From NCBI GenBank assembly GCA_965116025.1, contig OZ220480.1:640001-704000 (forward strand): a stretch of DNA of 64,000 bases. Reading direction: 5' to 3'. The stretch is from an uncultured candidatus Porisulfidus sp. (GTDB taxonomy: Bacteria > Pseudomonadota > Gammaproteobacteria > Poriferisulfidales > Poriferisulfidaceae). The notes beneath the pieces are model-generated. The model did not search any database, was not told where the DNA came from, and saw nothing but the letters and a program-made list of their open reading frames with translations. Positions 1 through 13,972 of the stretch are shown in pieces. Each line of letters opens with the position of its first letter. The stretch's first letter is position 1. The position numbers were made by a program, and so were the translations under genes.

Positions 1-1
1 G

Positions 2-2455
2 GCGGGACTGGGAATCGATCTGACCGAGGCGATCGCGCTGGCTTCCGGGAACGTGGACGTCTCCGGAGGCACGGCGGACGTCGGCAAGCGCCGCTACACG
101 TTGCGCTATTCCGGCGCGCTAGGCGCCCGGCAACTGGAGGAACTGATTCTGGCGTGGCGGGACGGCCGGCCCGTGGCTCTGGGGGACATCGCCCGCGTCG
201 ACGTTCTTCCGGCCGACCGGAGCAACTTCGTGATCACCGAGAACGGACCCTCGATCGCGGTCAACGCGCATCGGCAGTCCGGCGTCAACGTGCTCCAGAC
301 CATGGACGATATTCGCGCCGCGGTCGAGGATATCCGGAGCGGCCCCCTGAAGCGCGCCAACCTCACCATCACGCAGGTCTACGACGAGACCGTCTACATC
401 GACAGCGCCATCGAGCTGCTGCGCAACAGCCTGAGCCTGGGCGTTCTGCTGGCGGTAGCGGTCCTGTGGTGGTTCCTGCGCAAGCTGCGCGCCACGCTGA
501 CGGTCGCCCTGACGATCCCGCTGTGCCTGTTCGTGACCCTCGTCGTGATGAACATGACGGGCCGCACCCTCAACATCATCTCCCTGGCGGGCATGGCGTT
601 CGCCGTCGGAATGGTCATGGACGCCGCCATCATCGTGCTGGAGAACATCGTGCGCATGCGCGAGCGCGGCATGCGATCTCGAGAAGCGGCGGTCGAGGGG
701 GTGCGCCAGGTGTGGCCGGCCCTGCTCGCGTCCACGGTGACGACCGTCGCGATCTTCCTGCCCATCATTTTCATGAAGGACCAGAGCGGACAGCTCTTCG
801 CGGACCTCGCCATCGTGATCTCATCCGCCATCGCGATGTCGCTGCTGGTCGCGTGCGTGGTCATCCCGGTCGCGAAGCATTCGTTTCTGGCCAAAAGCGA
901 GCTGACCCGCCTGCACGATTCCTGGTGGCGGCGCGCGACCTCGCTCATCATGGCCCTCACCGGCACCGCGACCCTGCGCGCCTTGTGGATCTTCGGGCTG
1001 ATCGGCATCGCGGCGGCCGGCACCTGGCTGGTCTTCCCGAAGGCCGACTACCTGCCCACGGGCGACCGCAATTTGGTGATCGGGATCGTGATCCCGCCCC
1101 CGGGCGTCAACGTCGACCACATCGAGAAGGAAATGGGCGAGGTCATCGTCGCGCGCCTGCAGCCCTATCTTAGGGGGGAGAGCGCCCCGAAGATCGAGCG
1201 CTTCTTCTTCGTCGCGTCTTCCGGGTCCGTCTTCCTAGGCGCGGTCTCCGAGGATTCCTCGAAGGAGAAGGTCGACCAGCTGGTCGGGGTCGTGAATCAG
1301 GCAGTGTCGGGCTTTCCGGACAGTTTCGCCATCGCCCAGAAGGTTTCTCTGTTCAGCGGCGCCGGTGGACGCGCGGAAATCGACATCAACGTCCAAGGCG
1401 GCGACATCGACGAGCTGCTGGAAGCCGCGCGGGTCGGCTTCGGCGCGATCCCGGGAGTCTTCGGCGGCGCCCGCGCCCGGCCGCGGCCTGGCCTCGAGCT
1501 GGCCGAGCCCGAGCTGCGGATGACGCCCAACAACGAGCGCCTGGCCGAGGTCGGATGGACTCGCGGCATGATGGCCAGCATCTCGCGCTTTCTCGGTCAG
1601 GGAGTCTTCGTGGCCGAGCATTTCGACGGCGAGAGAAAGCGCGACGTGATCGCCCGGGTGGAGCCTTGGGAGACCCCGGAGGAGCTCGCGGCGATCCCTC
1701 TGCGCACCGCCAAGGGGGGCGTGCTGCCGGTCAGCGAGCTGCTCCACATCGAGCGCACGGCCGGCCCGAACCAGATCCGCCGGTTGGACCGCCGTCGCGC
1801 GGTGACGCTGGAACTGCGCCCGCCGGAGGGGATGGCGCTGGAAGAGGCGATCGAGAAGATCGAGCGGGAGGTCGTGCCGGCGATGGAGGAGCGATTGCCC
1901 GAGGACGGAGAGATCCGGCTCAGCGGCTCCGCGGACAACCTGAAAGAGGCGATCCGGAGCTTCGCCGGCACCTTCCTGCTGGCGGTCGTCATCCTCTACT
2001 TGCTGGTCAGCAGCCTGTTCCGGTCCTTCCTGGACGGAATCTGGGTTCTTCTGACGTTGCCGCTCGCGACGGTGGGCGGGGCGCTCATGCTGCGCCTGCT
2101 CGGCATCCCCGCGGACCTTCTGACCATGCTCGGCTTCATCGCCGTCCTGGGCCTGGTCGTGAACAACGCCATCCTCCTCGTGCATCAGACGCGCGTCGCC
2201 GAGCGCGAGGGGAAATCCCGGCGCGACGCGGTGCGGGAAGCCGTGCAGGTGCGCCTGCGGCCGATCCTGATGAGCGCGCTCACCGGCATCTTCGGGATGC
2301 TGCCCCTGTTGCTGCTGCCCGGGGCCGGCTCCGAGATCTACCGGGGATTCGCGGGCGTCATCGTCGGCGGGATGACCGTCAGCGCCGTCTTCACGCTGAT
2401 TCTTCTGCCCAGCCTCCTGCAGATCGGAAAGGCGCAGGCGCGCGCGGAGACCTGA
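2..2455 (+). CDS. RND efflux transporter permease (AcrB/CusA family), 5'-truncated by the window edge
   Basis: Frame is open from position 2. RND motifs 'LNIISLAGMAFAVGMVMDAAIIVLENI', 'GLVVNNAILLV' and 'RLRPILMSALT'; multiple TM segments. Confidence 0.92.
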   Translation, partial: AGLGIDLTEAIALASGNVDVSGGTADVGKRRYTLRYSGALGARQLEELILAWRDGRPVALGDIARVDVLPADRSNFVITENGPSIAVNAHRQSGVNVLQTMDDIRAAVEDIRSGPLKRANLTITQVYDETVYIDSAIELLRNSLSLGVLLAVAVLWWFLRKLRATLTVALTIPLCLFVTLVVMNMTGRTLNIISLAGMAFAVGMVMDAAIIVLENIVRMRERGMRSREAAVEGVRQVWPALLASTVTTVAIFLPIIFMKDQSGQLFADLAIVISSAIAMSLLVACVVIPVAKHSFLAKSELTRLHDSWWRRATSLIMALTGTATLRALWIFGLIGIAAAGTWLVFPKADYLPTGDRNLVIGIVIPPPGVNVDHIEKEMGEVIVARLQPYLRGESAPKIERFFFVASSGSVFLGAVSEDSSKEKVDQLVGVVNQAVSGFPDSFAIAQKVSLFSGAGGRAEIDINVQGGDIDELLEAARVGFGAIPGVFGGARARPRPGLELAEPELRMTPNNERLAEVGWTRGMMASISRFLGQGVFVAEHFDGERKRDVIARVEPWETPEELAAIPLRTAKGGVLPVSELLHIERTAGPNQIRRLDRRRAVTLELRPPEGMALEEAIEKIEREVVPAMEERLPEDGEIRLSGSADNLKEAIRSFAGTFLLAVVILYLLVSSLFRSFLDGIWVLLTLPLATVGGALMLRLLGIPADLLTMLGFIAVLGLVVNNAILLVHQTRVAEREGKSRRDAVREAVQVRLRPILMSALTGIFGMLPLLLLPGAGSEIYRGFAGVIVGGMTVSAVFTLILLPSLLQIGKAQARAET

Positions 2456-2710
2456 CGCGCGGCGGGACGGGTACCGGTCCCGGGGGCCGCCCGGGCGGCG
2501 ACGGCGACAGGCCCCGAAATCGCCCGCTTCCAGCCCAAAATCGAGTCGAACCCTCGCCGCCAAGCGCGCGCGAAATCCCGAGCAAGCGAGAATCGTTAGA
2601 ATCGATAGGCTCGGAGATCGAGGACGGGAGCGCGTCCCGGCGGCGCCCGCCCGCCTGTGCTAAAATTCGCGCCCGACATTCAGGTGTCGAGGGCGAGGAC
2701 GCGAACCGTG

Positions 2711-4231
<1,521 letters not shown>

Positions 4232-4250
4232 GCCGCAGGGAAGCGTCCCG

Positions 4251-4721
4251 GTGAACATCAATCTCACGCTGATCGGGCAGGCGATCTCGTTCGCGATCTT
4301 CGTCTGGTTCTGCATGCGGTTCGTCTGGCCGCCGGTGATCGGCGCGCTGGAGGCCCGCAAGAAGCGCATCGCCGACGGGCTGGCGGACGCGGACGCGGCC
4401 CAAGCCGAGCGCGAGCGGGCCGAGCGCGAGGCGCGGCAGGCCACGGGGCGGGCCCGGGAGGAGGCCTCCCGCATTCTGGCCCAGGCGGAGCGCCGCGCCG
4501 GCGAGATCGTGGCGACCGCGCGAACCGCGGCGAAGACCGAAGGCGAGCGGATCCTGGACCAGGCCCAGGAAGAGATCGACAAGAGCGTCCAGCAGGCGCG
4601 CGAGCGATTGCGCGGGGAGGTGGCCTCCCTGGCGGTCGCGGGCGCCGAGGCGGTGTTGCGCCGCGAGGTCGATTCCGAGGCCCACGCCGACGCCCTGCGG
4701 CAACTGGCGGAGCGGCTGTGA
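4251..4721 (+). CDS. atpF: ATP synthase subunit b
   Basis: '[28 protein letters not shown]' followed by a coiled coil. Confidence 0.97.
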   Translation: MNINLTLIGQAISFAIFVWFCMRFVWPPVIGALEARKKRIADGLADADAAQAERERAEREARQATGRAREEASRILAQAERRAGEIVATARTAAKTEGERILDQAQEEIDKSVQQARERLRGEVASLAVAGAEAVLRREVDSEAHADALRQLAERL

Positions 4722-5248
4722 GCGCCGCCACCGCGGCCCGCCCCTACGCCCGCGCCGCCTTCGGCTACGCGCGGGAGCATGGCGCCTTGGACCGATTCTC
4801 GGACATGCTGGCCGCCGCGGCGGCGCTGGTCGACCACCCGCGTCTTCGCGCCCTGCTGCGCGATCCGCGCCTGACCCGCGCGCGCCGCGCGGAAATGCTG
4901 GAGGCTTTGGGCGGCGAGCGCTTCGACGAGCCCATGCGGCGGTTGTTGCGCATGCTCGCGGAGCGCGACCGATTGCCGATGCTGCCGGAGATCCGGGAGC
5001 GGTTCGAGCGCGCGCGCGCCGAGCGCGAGCGGCGCCTGACCGCCGAGGTGATCAGCGCCCGGGACCTGGATCCGGAGCAGCGGGAGCGCATCCGCGCGGC
5101 GCTGGAGGCGCGCGTCGGAAAGACCGTGGAGCTGGTCGCGCGGACCGACGAGCGGCTGCTCGGCGGCGCGGTCGCGCGCGCTGGCGACCGGGTGCTGGAC
5201 GCCTCGCTCCAGTGGCGCCTGCGGCAGCTCGCGCGAAGCCTGGCCTGA
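4718..5248 (+). CDS. atpH: ATP synthase subunit delta
   Basis: 'ARPYARAAF' and '[17 protein letters not shown]'; operon position. Confidence 0.95.
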   Translation: MSAATAARPYARAAFGYAREHGALDRFSDMLAAAAALVDHPRLRALLRDPRLTRARRAEMLEALGGERFDEPMRRLLRMLAERDRLPMLPEIRERFERARAERERRLTAEVISARDLDPEQRERIRAALEARVGKTVELVARTDERLLGGAVARAGDRVLDASLQWRLRQLARSLA

Positions 5249-5276
5249 CTGACCCCCATAACAGGAGGAGAACCGA

Positions 5277-6821
5277 ATGTCCGCCTTGAACCCAACCGAA
5301 ATATCCGAACTGATCAAGCGACGGATCGCCGAGTTCGACGTGGCGCCGCAAGCGGCGAGCGAGGGCACGGTGGTCATGGTCACCGACGGCATCGTGCGCG
5401 TCCATGGCCTGAGCGACGTGATGTCCGGCGAGATGATCGCGCTGCCGGGCGACAGCCACGCCATCGCGCTCAACCTGGAGCGCGACTCGGTCGGCGCCGT
5501 CGTGCTCGGCGACTACCGCCATATCCGGGAGGGCGACACGGCCCGCTGCACCGGGCGCATTCTTGAGGTCCCGGTCGGCGAGGCCCTGCTGGGCCGGGTC
5601 GTGAACTCGCTCGGCGAGCCGATCGACGGCAAGGGAGACCTGGAGCTGGAGGCCCGCTCCCCGATCGAGAAGATCGCGCCCGGCGTGATCGAGCGCCAGT
5701 CGGTCAGCCAGCCGGTGCAGACCGGTCTGAAGTCGATCGACGCGATGGTGCCGGTCGGGCGCGGGCAGCGCGAGCTGATCATCGGCGATCGCCAGACCGG
5801 CAAGACCGCGCTGGCCATCGACACGATCATCAACCAGAAGGGCGCCGACCTCCTGTGCATCTACGTCGCGATCGGGCAGAAGGCCTCCTCCATCGCGGGC
5901 GTGGTGCGCAAGCTGGAGGAGCACGGCGCCATGGAGCACACCATCGTGGTGGCGGCCTCGGCCTCGGAGTCGGCCGCGATGCAGTACATCGCGCCGTACG
6001 CCGGTTGCGCGATGGGCGAGTTCTTCCGCGACCGGGGCGAGGACGCGCTGATCATTTACGACGACCTGACCAAGCAGGCCTGGGCCTACCGCCAGGTCTC
6101 GCTGCTGCTGCGCCGGCCGCCGGGCCGCGAGGCGTATCCCGGCGACGTGTTCTACCTGCACTCGCGCCTGCTGGAGCGGGCCTCCCGCGTCAACGCCGAC
6201 TATGTGGAGAAGATGACCGACGGACGAGTGAAGGGCCGCACCGGCAGCCTCACCGCCCTGCCGGTGATCGAGACCCAGGCGGGCGACGTCTCGGCGTTCG
6301 TCCCGACCAACGTGATCTCCATCACGGACGGCCAGATCTTCCTGGAGACGGACCTGTTCAACGCCGGGTTCCGCCCGGCAATCAACGCCGGGCTGTCGGT
6401 GTCCCGGGTCGGCGGCGCCGCGCAGACCCCGCTGATCAAGAAGCTCGGCGGCGGGGTGCGCCTGGCCCTCGCGCAGTACCGCGAGCTGGCCGCGTTCTCG
6501 CAGTTCGCCTCGGATCTGGACGAGCAGACCCGCAAGCAGCTGGAGCGCGGCGAGCGCGTCATGGAGCTCATGAAGCAGCCCCAGTACCGCCCGCTGACCA
6601 TCGCCGACATGGCACTGTCGCTGTACGCGGTCAACGAGGGCTGGCTCGACGAGGTGGAGGTGGAGAAGGTTCGCGCCTTCGAGTCGGCTCTGCACGCCTA
6701 CGCCCGGTCCGAGCATGGCGACTTCCTGGACGAGCTGAGCCGAACCGGGGCCCACGACGAGGAGATCCTGGCGCGGCTCAAGGACATCCTCGAGACGTTC
6801 GTGAAAACCCAGAGCTGGTGA
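5277..6821 (+). CDS. atpA: ATP synthase subunit alpha
   Basis: Walker A 'GDRQTGKT'; '[23 protein letters not shown]'. Confidence 0.98.
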   Translation: MSALNPTEISELIKRRIAEFDVAPQAASEGTVVMVTDGIVRVHGLSDVMSGEMIALPGDSHAIALNLERDSVGAVVLGDYRHIREGDTARCTGRILEVPVGEALLGRVVNSLGEPIDGKGDLELEARSPIEKIAPGVIERQSVSQPVQTGLKSIDAMVPVGRGQRELIIGDRQTGKTALAIDTIINQKGADLLCIYVAIGQKASSIAGVVRKLEEHGAMEHTIVVAASASESAAMQYIAPYAGCAMGEFFRDRGEDALIIYDDLTKQAWAYRQVSLLLRRPPGREAYPGDVFYLHSRLLERASRVNADYVEKMTDGRVKGRTGSLTALPVIETQAGDVSAFVPTNVISITDGQIFLETDLFNAGFRPAINAGLSVSRVGGAAQTPLIKKLGGGVRLALAQYRELAAFSQFASDLDEQTRKQLERGERVMELMKQPQYRPLTIADMALSLYAVNEGWLDEVEVEKVRAFESALHAYARSEHGDFLDELSRTGAHDEEILARLKDILETFVKTQSW

Positions 6822-6828
6822 CGGACCG

Positions 6829-7695
6829 ATGGCGGGCGAGAAAGAAATTCGCGGCAAGATCGCGAGCATCCGCAACACCCAGAAGATCACCAAGGCGATG
6901 GAGATGGTCGCGGCCAGCAAGATGCGGCGCGCCCAGGAGCGCATGGCGGCCACCCGTCCGTACGCGACGCGGATCCGCGAGGTGATCGGCCACCTGGCGC
7001 ACGCCAGCGCCGAGTACCGCCACCCGTTCCTGGAAAGCCGGGAGGAGGTTCGCGGCGTCGGCTTCATCGTGGTCTCCACCGACCGTGGGCTGTGCGGCGG
7101 CCTCAACGTCAACCTGTTCAAGGCCGTGTTGCGGGAGATGCGGGAGTGGAGAGAGCGGCGGGTTCCGGTGCGGCTTTGCCTGTTCGGCGCCAAGGGCACC
7201 GCGTTCTTCAAGCGCGTCCGCGACGTCGACGTGGTCGCGCAGGCCTCGCATCTGGGCGACGCGCCGAAGCTCGAGGAGGTCATCGGGCACGTCAAGGTCA
7301 TGCTGGACGACTATGTCGAGGGGCGAATCGACCGGGTCTTTCTGGCCGAGAACGAGTTCGTCAACACCATGACGCAGAGGCCGGGCGTCTCGACGCTGCT
7401 GCCCACGCCCGCGGCGGAGCTCGAGGAGCTGGAGCATTATTGGGACTACCTCTACGAGCCCGGCGCGCGCGAGGTGCTGGACGGATTGCTGATGCGCTAC
7501 ATCGAGTCGCTGGTGTACCGCGGCGTGATGGAGAACGTCGCCTGCGAGATGGCGGCGCGCATGGTGGCGATGAAGAGCGCCTCGGACAACGCCGGCAACC
7601 TGATCGACGAGCTGCAGCTGATCTACAACAAGGCGCGGCAGGCGTCGATCACCCAGGAAATCTCGGAAATCGTCGGCGGCGCGGCCGCCGTGTGA
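6829..7695 (+). CDS. atpG: ATP synthase subunit gamma
   Basis: '[13 protein letters not shown]', 'DRGLCGGLN' and '[15 protein letters not shown]'. Confidence 0.98.
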   Translation: MAGEKEIRGKIASIRNTQKITKAMEMVAASKMRRAQERMAATRPYATRIREVIGHLAHASAEYRHPFLESREEVRGVGFIVVSTDRGLCGGLNVNLFKAVLREMREWRERRVPVRLCLFGAKGTAFFKRVRDVDVVAQASHLGDAPKLEEVIGHVKVMLDDYVEGRIDRVFLAENEFVNTMTQRPGVSTLLPTPAAELEELEHYWDYLYEPGAREVLDGLLMRYIESLVYRGVMENVACEMAARMVAMKSASDNAGNLIDELQLIYNKARQASITQEISEIVGGAAAV

Positions 7696-9108
<1,413 letters not shown>

Positions 9109-9115
9109 GCCGGAC

Positions 9116-9541
9116 ATGAGCTCCCTGCGGGTCGAGATCGTCAGCGCCGAGAGAGAGATCTACTCGGGCGAGGCGCGCTGGGTGGTCGCGCCCGCCATCA
9201 TGGGCGAGGTCGGCATCCATCCGCGGCACACGCCGCTCATCACCCACCTCAAGCCGGGCGAGGTGCGGGTCGCCACGGCGGAGAAGGGCGAGGAGCTGTC
9301 GTTCTACGTCTCCGGCGGCATGCTGGAGGTGCAGCCAAGCCAGGTGACGGTGCTGTCCGACACGGCGATGCGCGGCGCGGACCTGGACGAGGCGAAGGCC
9401 GAGGAGGCCAAGCGGCGGGCCGAGCAGGCCCTGGCCGACCGCAAGGCCAGCGTCGACGAGGCTCGGGCCCTCGCGGACCTGGCCGAGGCGGCGGCGCAGT
9501 TGCGGATGATCCAGAAACTGCGCAAGACCGGCCGCGGCTGA
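9116..9541 (+). CDS. atpC: ATP synthase subunit epsilon
   Basis: 'GEVGIHPRHTPL' and 'SGGMLEVQP'; last gene of the operon. Confidence 0.96.
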   Translation: MSSLRVEIVSAEREIYSGEARWVVAPAIMGEVGIHPRHTPLITHLKPGEVRVATAEKGEELSFYVSGGMLEVQPSQVTVLSDTAMRGADLDEAKAEEAKRRAEQALADRKASVDEARALADLAEAAAQLRMIQKLRKTGRG

Positions 9542-9587
9542 CCCCGGGAGGCGTACAATGCCTCCATCACCACCATCCCGGCGCCGC

Positions 9588-10955
9588 ATGGGAACCGAAG
9601 TCGTCATTCTCGCCGGGGGCGCGGGCAACCGCTTGGCGCGGGCCACGCCGAAGCCCTTGCTCGACCTGTGCGGCCGGCCCCTGCTCGGGCACGTCCTGGA
9701 GGCCGCCGCGGCGGTCGCGGACCGGGTCCACGTGGTGCGCGGCCCCGCGCTGGCGGACCCGCTCGCCGAACTGGCCCGAACGTCCGCGATCCCCTTCGTC
9801 TCGCATCTGCAACCTAAGCCGCTTGGCACGGCGGACGCGCTGGGCCACGCCCTTCCGGCGATACGGGACGACGCGACCACGCTGGTCCTGTGCGCGGACG
9901 TCCCGCTACTAAGGCCGGACACCCTGGCGCGCCTGCTGGCCGCCCGCCCGAAAGATGGCCTCGCGCTTCTCGTCACGCGCCAGAGCGACGGCCAGCTAGG
10001 GCGAATCATGCGCGATGATCGCGGGCGGGTGGTCGCCATTCGGGAGCACGCCGACGCCACCGAGGAAGAGCGGCGCGTCGACGAGCGGAACGCTGGCGTG
10101 ATGGCGGCGTCGGCGGGGCGATTCCGCGAATGGCTCGCGCGGATCACCAACGCCAACGCCCAAGGAGAGCTCTATCTGACCGACTGCGTCGCCCAAGCGG
10201 CGCGCGAAGGGACTCCGATCGAGACCCAAGAGTGCGACCCGAACGAGGGGCTGGGCGTCAACACGACCCAGGAATACGCCGTGGTGGCGAAGCGCTGGCA
10301 GCGACGCGCGCGCGCGCGGCTGATGGCGCGCGGAGCCCTGATGGAGGACCCCGACACGGTATGGCTGTCGGCGGAAACTCAGCTGGAAGAGGGCGCGGCG
10401 GTCCGCGTCGGCCCGCACGTCGCGTTTGAAGGGGCGGTCCGCCTGGCCGACGGGGTCAGGATCGGCCCCTACGCCTTGCTGCGCGACTGCGAGATCGGGG
10501 CGGATTCCGAGATCGAGCCGTTCACCGTCGTGGACTCGGCCCGCGTCGGGGCGCGCTGCCGGATCGGGCCCTACGCGCGGATCCGCCCGGAAACCGAGCT
10601 GGGCGAGGGCGCGCGAATCGGAAATTTCGTGGAGATCAAGAAATCCCGGATCGGCGAGCGCTCCAAAATCAACCACCTGTCGTACGTCGGCGACAGCGAG
10701 GTCGGCGCGAACGTCAACCTGGGCGCGGGAACGATCACCTGCAACTACGACGGGGCGCGGAAGCGCGTCACCGTGATCGAGGACGACGTCTTCGTGGGCT
10801 CCGGCGCCCAGCTGGTCGCGCCGCTCACCATCGGCGCCGGCGCGACCATCGGCGCCGGCTCGACCATCACCCGGGACGCGCCGCCCGGAGAGCTGACCCT
10901 GTCGCGCGCCAAGCAAGAGACGCGACCGGGCTGGAAGCGGCCGCGAAAAGACTGA
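9588..10955 (+). CDS. glmU: Bifunctional UDP-GlcNAc pyrophosphorylase/acetyltransferase (divergent N-terminal domain)
   Basis: 'NAQGELYLTD', hexapeptide repeats, 'GNFVEIK', 'HLSYVGD' and 'TITCNYDG'; lies between atpC and glmS. Start may be 9558. Confidence 0.93.
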   Translation: MGTEVVILAGGAGNRLARATPKPLLDLCGRPLLGHVLEAAAAVADRVHVVRGPALADPLAELARTSAIPFVSHLQPKPLGTADALGHALPAIRDDATTLVLCADVPLLRPDTLARLLAARPKDGLALLVTRQSDGQLGRIMRDDRGRVVAIREHADATEEERRVDERNAGVMAASAGRFREWLARITNANAQGELYLTDCVAQAAREGTPIETQECDPNEGLGVNTTQEYAVVAKRWQRRARARLMARGALMEDPDTVWLSAETQLEEGAAVRVGPHVAFEGAVRLADGVRIGPYALLRDCEIGADSEIEPFTVVDSARVGARCRIGPYARIRPETELGEGARIGNFVEIKKSRIGERSKINHLSYVGDSEVGANVNLGAGTITCNYDGARKRVTVIEDDVFVGSGAQLVAPLTIGAGATIGAGSTITRDAPPGELTLSRAKQETRPGWKRPRKD

Positions 10956-12790
10956 TGTGCGGCATCGTCGGGGCGGCGGCGCGCCGGGACGTGGTCCCCG
11001 CCTTGCTGGACGGCCTGAAACGGCTCGAGTACCGAGGGTACGATTCCGCCGGAATCGCGATTCTCGACGCCAACGGGCTGCGACGGCTGCGGCGCAACGG
11101 AAAGGTCGCCGAGCTGGCGCGGGAAGCCGAATCGGGCGACCTGAGCGGGCCGGTCGGAATCGCGCACACCCGCTGGGCGACCCACGGCGCTCCCTCCGAC
11201 CGCAACGCGCATCCCCACGTCGCGGGCGAGAACGACCGCGTCGCCGTGGTGCACAACGGGATCATCGAGAATCACGCGGCCCTGCGAGAGCTGCAGCGAG
11301 GACAGGGCGTCACGCACGACTCGGACACCGACTCCGAAATCCTGGCGTGCCAGATCGCCGGACATCTGGCCGCGCGGGATAGCCTGCTGGACGCGGTCCG
11401 AGCGACCGTGGACGAGATCGAGGGAAGCTTCGCGTTCGGCGCGATCGATCGCGAGGACCCGGAGCGCGTGGTCGGAGCGCGGCGGGGCAGCCCGCTGGTG
11501 GTGGGGCGCGGCGACGATGGACACTATCTGGCTTCCGACCCGCTGGCGCTGGTGGGCGCCGCGTCCCAATACTTCGCGCTCCAGAACGGCGACATCGTGG
11601 TCGTCAGCGAGACGGAGGCCACGGTCTGGAACGGGAGCGAGACGGCGAGCCGGGAATGGAAGACGCTCCAGAACGCGGAAGCCCGGATCGCGCTGGGCGA
11701 GCACGAGCGCTACATGCGCAAGGAGATCTTCGAGCAGCCCGACGCCGTGGCGCAAACCCTGGAAGGGAGGATCGAGACCGGCCGGGTCGACGACGGGATC
11801 CTCGGTCCCGGCGCGCGCGCCATCCTGGACGCGACGCGCGCCGTGCGAATCGCGGCCTGCGGAACCAGCTACCACGCCGGGCTGGTGGCGCGCCACTGGC
11901 TCGAGCGCCACGCGGGAATCCCATGCCAGGTCGAGATCGCCAGCGAGTTCCGCTACCGCCAGCATGTCCAAGAGCCCAACACCTTGTTCCTCGCCATCTC
12001 CCAGTCCGGAGAGACGGCGGACACCCTGGCCGCGCTGGAGATGGCGAACCGAGACCCGAGCTACCACGCGAGTCTGGCCTTGTGCAACGTCGCGCGCAGC
12101 TCCATGGTCCAGGAGGCCGACCTGACCCTGCTCACCCACGCCGGGCCCGAGATCGGGGTCGCCTCCACCAAGGCGTTCGTCACGCAACTGACGGCGCTGA
12201 TGCTCGTCGTGACGTTGCTAGGCCGCCGCCACGCGCTGGAGCCGGAGGCGGAATCGAGCCTGATCGCGCAGCTGGCCAACCTGCCCACCAGAATCGGGCG
12301 AGCGCTGGAGCTGGACGCGGAGATCGCGTCCTTGGCGAGACGGTTCGCGAGCCGCCACCACGCGCTGTTTCTGGGACGAGGCTCGCACTACCCGATCGCG
12401 ATGGAAGGCGCGCTGAAGCTGAAGGAGATATCCTACATTCACGCCGAGGCCTACGCCGCCGGCGAGCTCAAGCACGGCCCGCTGGCGCTCGTGGACGAGG
12501 ACATGCCGGTCGTCGCTGTCGCGCCGAACAACCGCCTGCTCAAGAAGCTCAAAAGCAATCTGGAGGAAGTGCGGGCGCGGGGCGGACGGCTGTACGTGTT
12601 CGCGGACCGGCGCTCGGGCTTCCAGAGCGACGACCTGATGACCGTGCTCGAGCTGGACGCCCCGGAGAACGCGATCGCGCCCGCGCTGTTCGTCATTCCG
12701 CTGCAGCTGCTGGCGTATCATTGCGCCAAGATCCGGGGCACGGATATCGACCAGCCCCGCAATCTGGCGAAGTCGGTCACCGTGGAGTGA
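10955..12790 (+). CDS. glmS: Glutamine-fructose-6-phosphate aminotransferase
   Basis: N-terminal 'MCGIVG', 'LEYRGYDSAG', 'HTRWATHG' and C-terminal 'PRNLAKSVTVE'. Confidence 0.98.
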   Translation: MCGIVGAAARRDVVPALLDGLKRLEYRGYDSAGIAILDANGLRRLRRNGKVAELAREAESGDLSGPVGIAHTRWATHGAPSDRNAHPHVAGENDRVAVVHNGIIENHAALRELQRGQGVTHDSDTDSEILACQIAGHLAARDSLLDAVRATVDEIEGSFAFGAIDREDPERVVGARRGSPLVVGRGDDGHYLASDPLALVGAASQYFALQNGDIVVVSETEATVWNGSETASREWKTLQNAEARIALGEHERYMRKEIFEQPDAVAQTLEGRIETGRVDDGILGPGARAILDATRAVRIAACGTSYHAGLVARHWLERHAGIPCQVEIASEFRYRQHVQEPNTLFLAISQSGETADTLAALEMANRDPSYHASLALCNVARSSMVQEADLTLLTHAGPEIGVASTKAFVTQLTALMLVVTLLGRRHALEPEAESSLIAQLANLPTRIGRALELDAEIASLARRFASRHHALFLGRGSHYPIAMEGALKLKEISYIHAEAYAAGELKHGPLALVDEDMPVVAVAPNNRLLKKLKSNLEEVRARGGRLYVFADRRSGFQSDDLMTVLELDAPENAIAPALFVIPLQLLAYHCAKIRGTDIDQPRNLAKSVTVE

Positions 12791-12801
12791 AGGACGAGCG
12801 C

Positions 12802-13251
12802 ATGCCGAACCCCAGGATTCCGCCGCCCGTCGTCGCCATCCTTCTCGGAGGCGGCGCGTACTTCTCGCGAGGATTCTTCCCAAAATTCGATCACGACCTC
12901 CTGTTCTACGCCGGGCTGGGCTTCGAGCTGCTGGGGGCGACGATCACGATCTCGTCCGCGCTCGCGTTCGCGAAGTGGAAGACCACCATGAATCCACTGA
13001 AGCCGCGCGAGGCGTCCTCGCTGATTACTGGGGGAACGTTCGCGCTTTCCCGAAATCCCATGTATCTGGGAATGCTGCTCTTCCTGATCGGTCCCGCCCT
13101 GCAGTTCAACCCCGTCGGGGGGATTCCCATGGCGTTCCTGTTCGCGCTCTACATGAACGCGTTCCAGATTCCTCCCGAGGAGAGCGCGCTCTCGGAGATC
13201 TTCGGAGAGGAGTATCGGGAATACGCCAAGAAAGTCCGGAGATGGATATAG
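12802..13251 (+). CDS. Isoprenylcysteine carboxylmethyltransferase (ICMT/PEMT) family membrane protein
   Basis: 'RIPPPVV', 'SRNPMYLG' and 'FQIPPEE..L...FGEEYREY.KKVRRWI'; this is the 3' part of track ORF 11656..13251. Confidence 0.88.
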   Translation: MPNPRIPPPVVAILLGGGAYFSRGFFPKFDHDLLFYAGLGFELLGATITISSALAFAKWKTTMNPLKPREASSLITGGTFALSRNPMYLGMLLFLIGPALQFNPVGGIPMAFLFALYMNAFQIPPEESALSEIFGEEYREYAKKVRRWI

Positions 13252-13261
13252 CGCGCGGCGC

Positions 13262-13972
13262 TCACGGCGCCGGCGCGTATTCCCAGCTTTCGGCCCGCTT
13301 CGCCGCGGCCTCGCGCTCCTCGTCCGTCATCTCCTCCTCGATCCCGCGAATCAAGTCTCCGATCTCCTCTTGCGTGATCGCGCAACGAGCGTGGATCTCC
13401 TCGCGGTACAGAGAGCGGGAATGGGTCTCGCACGCCTCGACGCTCCGATAGTCCGAAAGCCGCCGAACGTTGTCGGCCAGCAACCAGGCGCGGGTGATGT
13501 CATGACGGACGCCGGAGCCTTTCCAGTAGTGGCGAGCCAAGAAGAAGCGGGCCGCCAGCGCGTCGTCCCATTGCCGAAAAAACCCGCGACGGTCGGACAG
13601 CCCAACCAGAATCGCGAGTCCCATGCCGTCGCGCTCGGCGAACTGCGCGGCCGCTTTCTCGTACCAGCCCACCGCCGTCGCGTCATCCTCCGCCACCCCC
13701 TCGCCGAGATCGTGAAACATTCCCATCCGCAACTGCGCCCAGGGAAATCCCCGCTCGGCGGCCTCGCGGGCGATCGCCAGCGCCGAGTCCATCCGGCCCT
13801 CGCGCCACAGAAGATCGACCTCGGCCTCGCCGGGATTCGCCTCCAGAGCCCGCGCGGGAGCCTCCATCACCGGAGCCGCGCAACCGGCCGCCAGCGAGGC
13901 CCAAAGCGCGAACAGGATCGCGCGGAGCCCCGAGGAAGGGGCCGCGGGCCGTCTCGAGATGGACGGCCTCAA
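13262..13972 (-). CDS. Sel1-like repeat putative lipoprotein
   Basis: Lipobox-like 'LAAGC'; Sel1 repeats 'AQLRMGMFHDLGEGVAEDDATAVGWYEKAAAQ' and 'ARFFLARHYWKGSGVRHD'. Confidence 0.75.
   Translation of the reverse strand: MRPSISRRPAAPSSGLRAILFALWASLAAGCAAPVMEAPARALEANPGEAEVDLLWREGRMDSALAIAREAAERGFPWAQLRMGMFHDLGEGVAEDDATAVGWYEKAAAQFAERDGMGLAILVGLSDRRGFFRQWDDALAARFFLARHYWKGSGVRHDITRAWLLADNVRRLSDYRSVEACETHSRSLYREEIHARCAITQEEIGDLIRGIEEEMTDEEREAAAKRAESWEYAPAP

Noticed and set aside
11656-12801. 531-aa ORF 11656..13251 as one long protein
   Set aside because: The 5' part is an alternative frame inside glmS. Only 12802..13251 has a recognisable product and a plausible RBS.
12750-12830. attTn7 site at the glmS 3' end as a possible island entry point
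   Set aside because: No Tn7 end or tns genes follow. The next gene starts 11 nt after the stop, so the site appears unoccupied.
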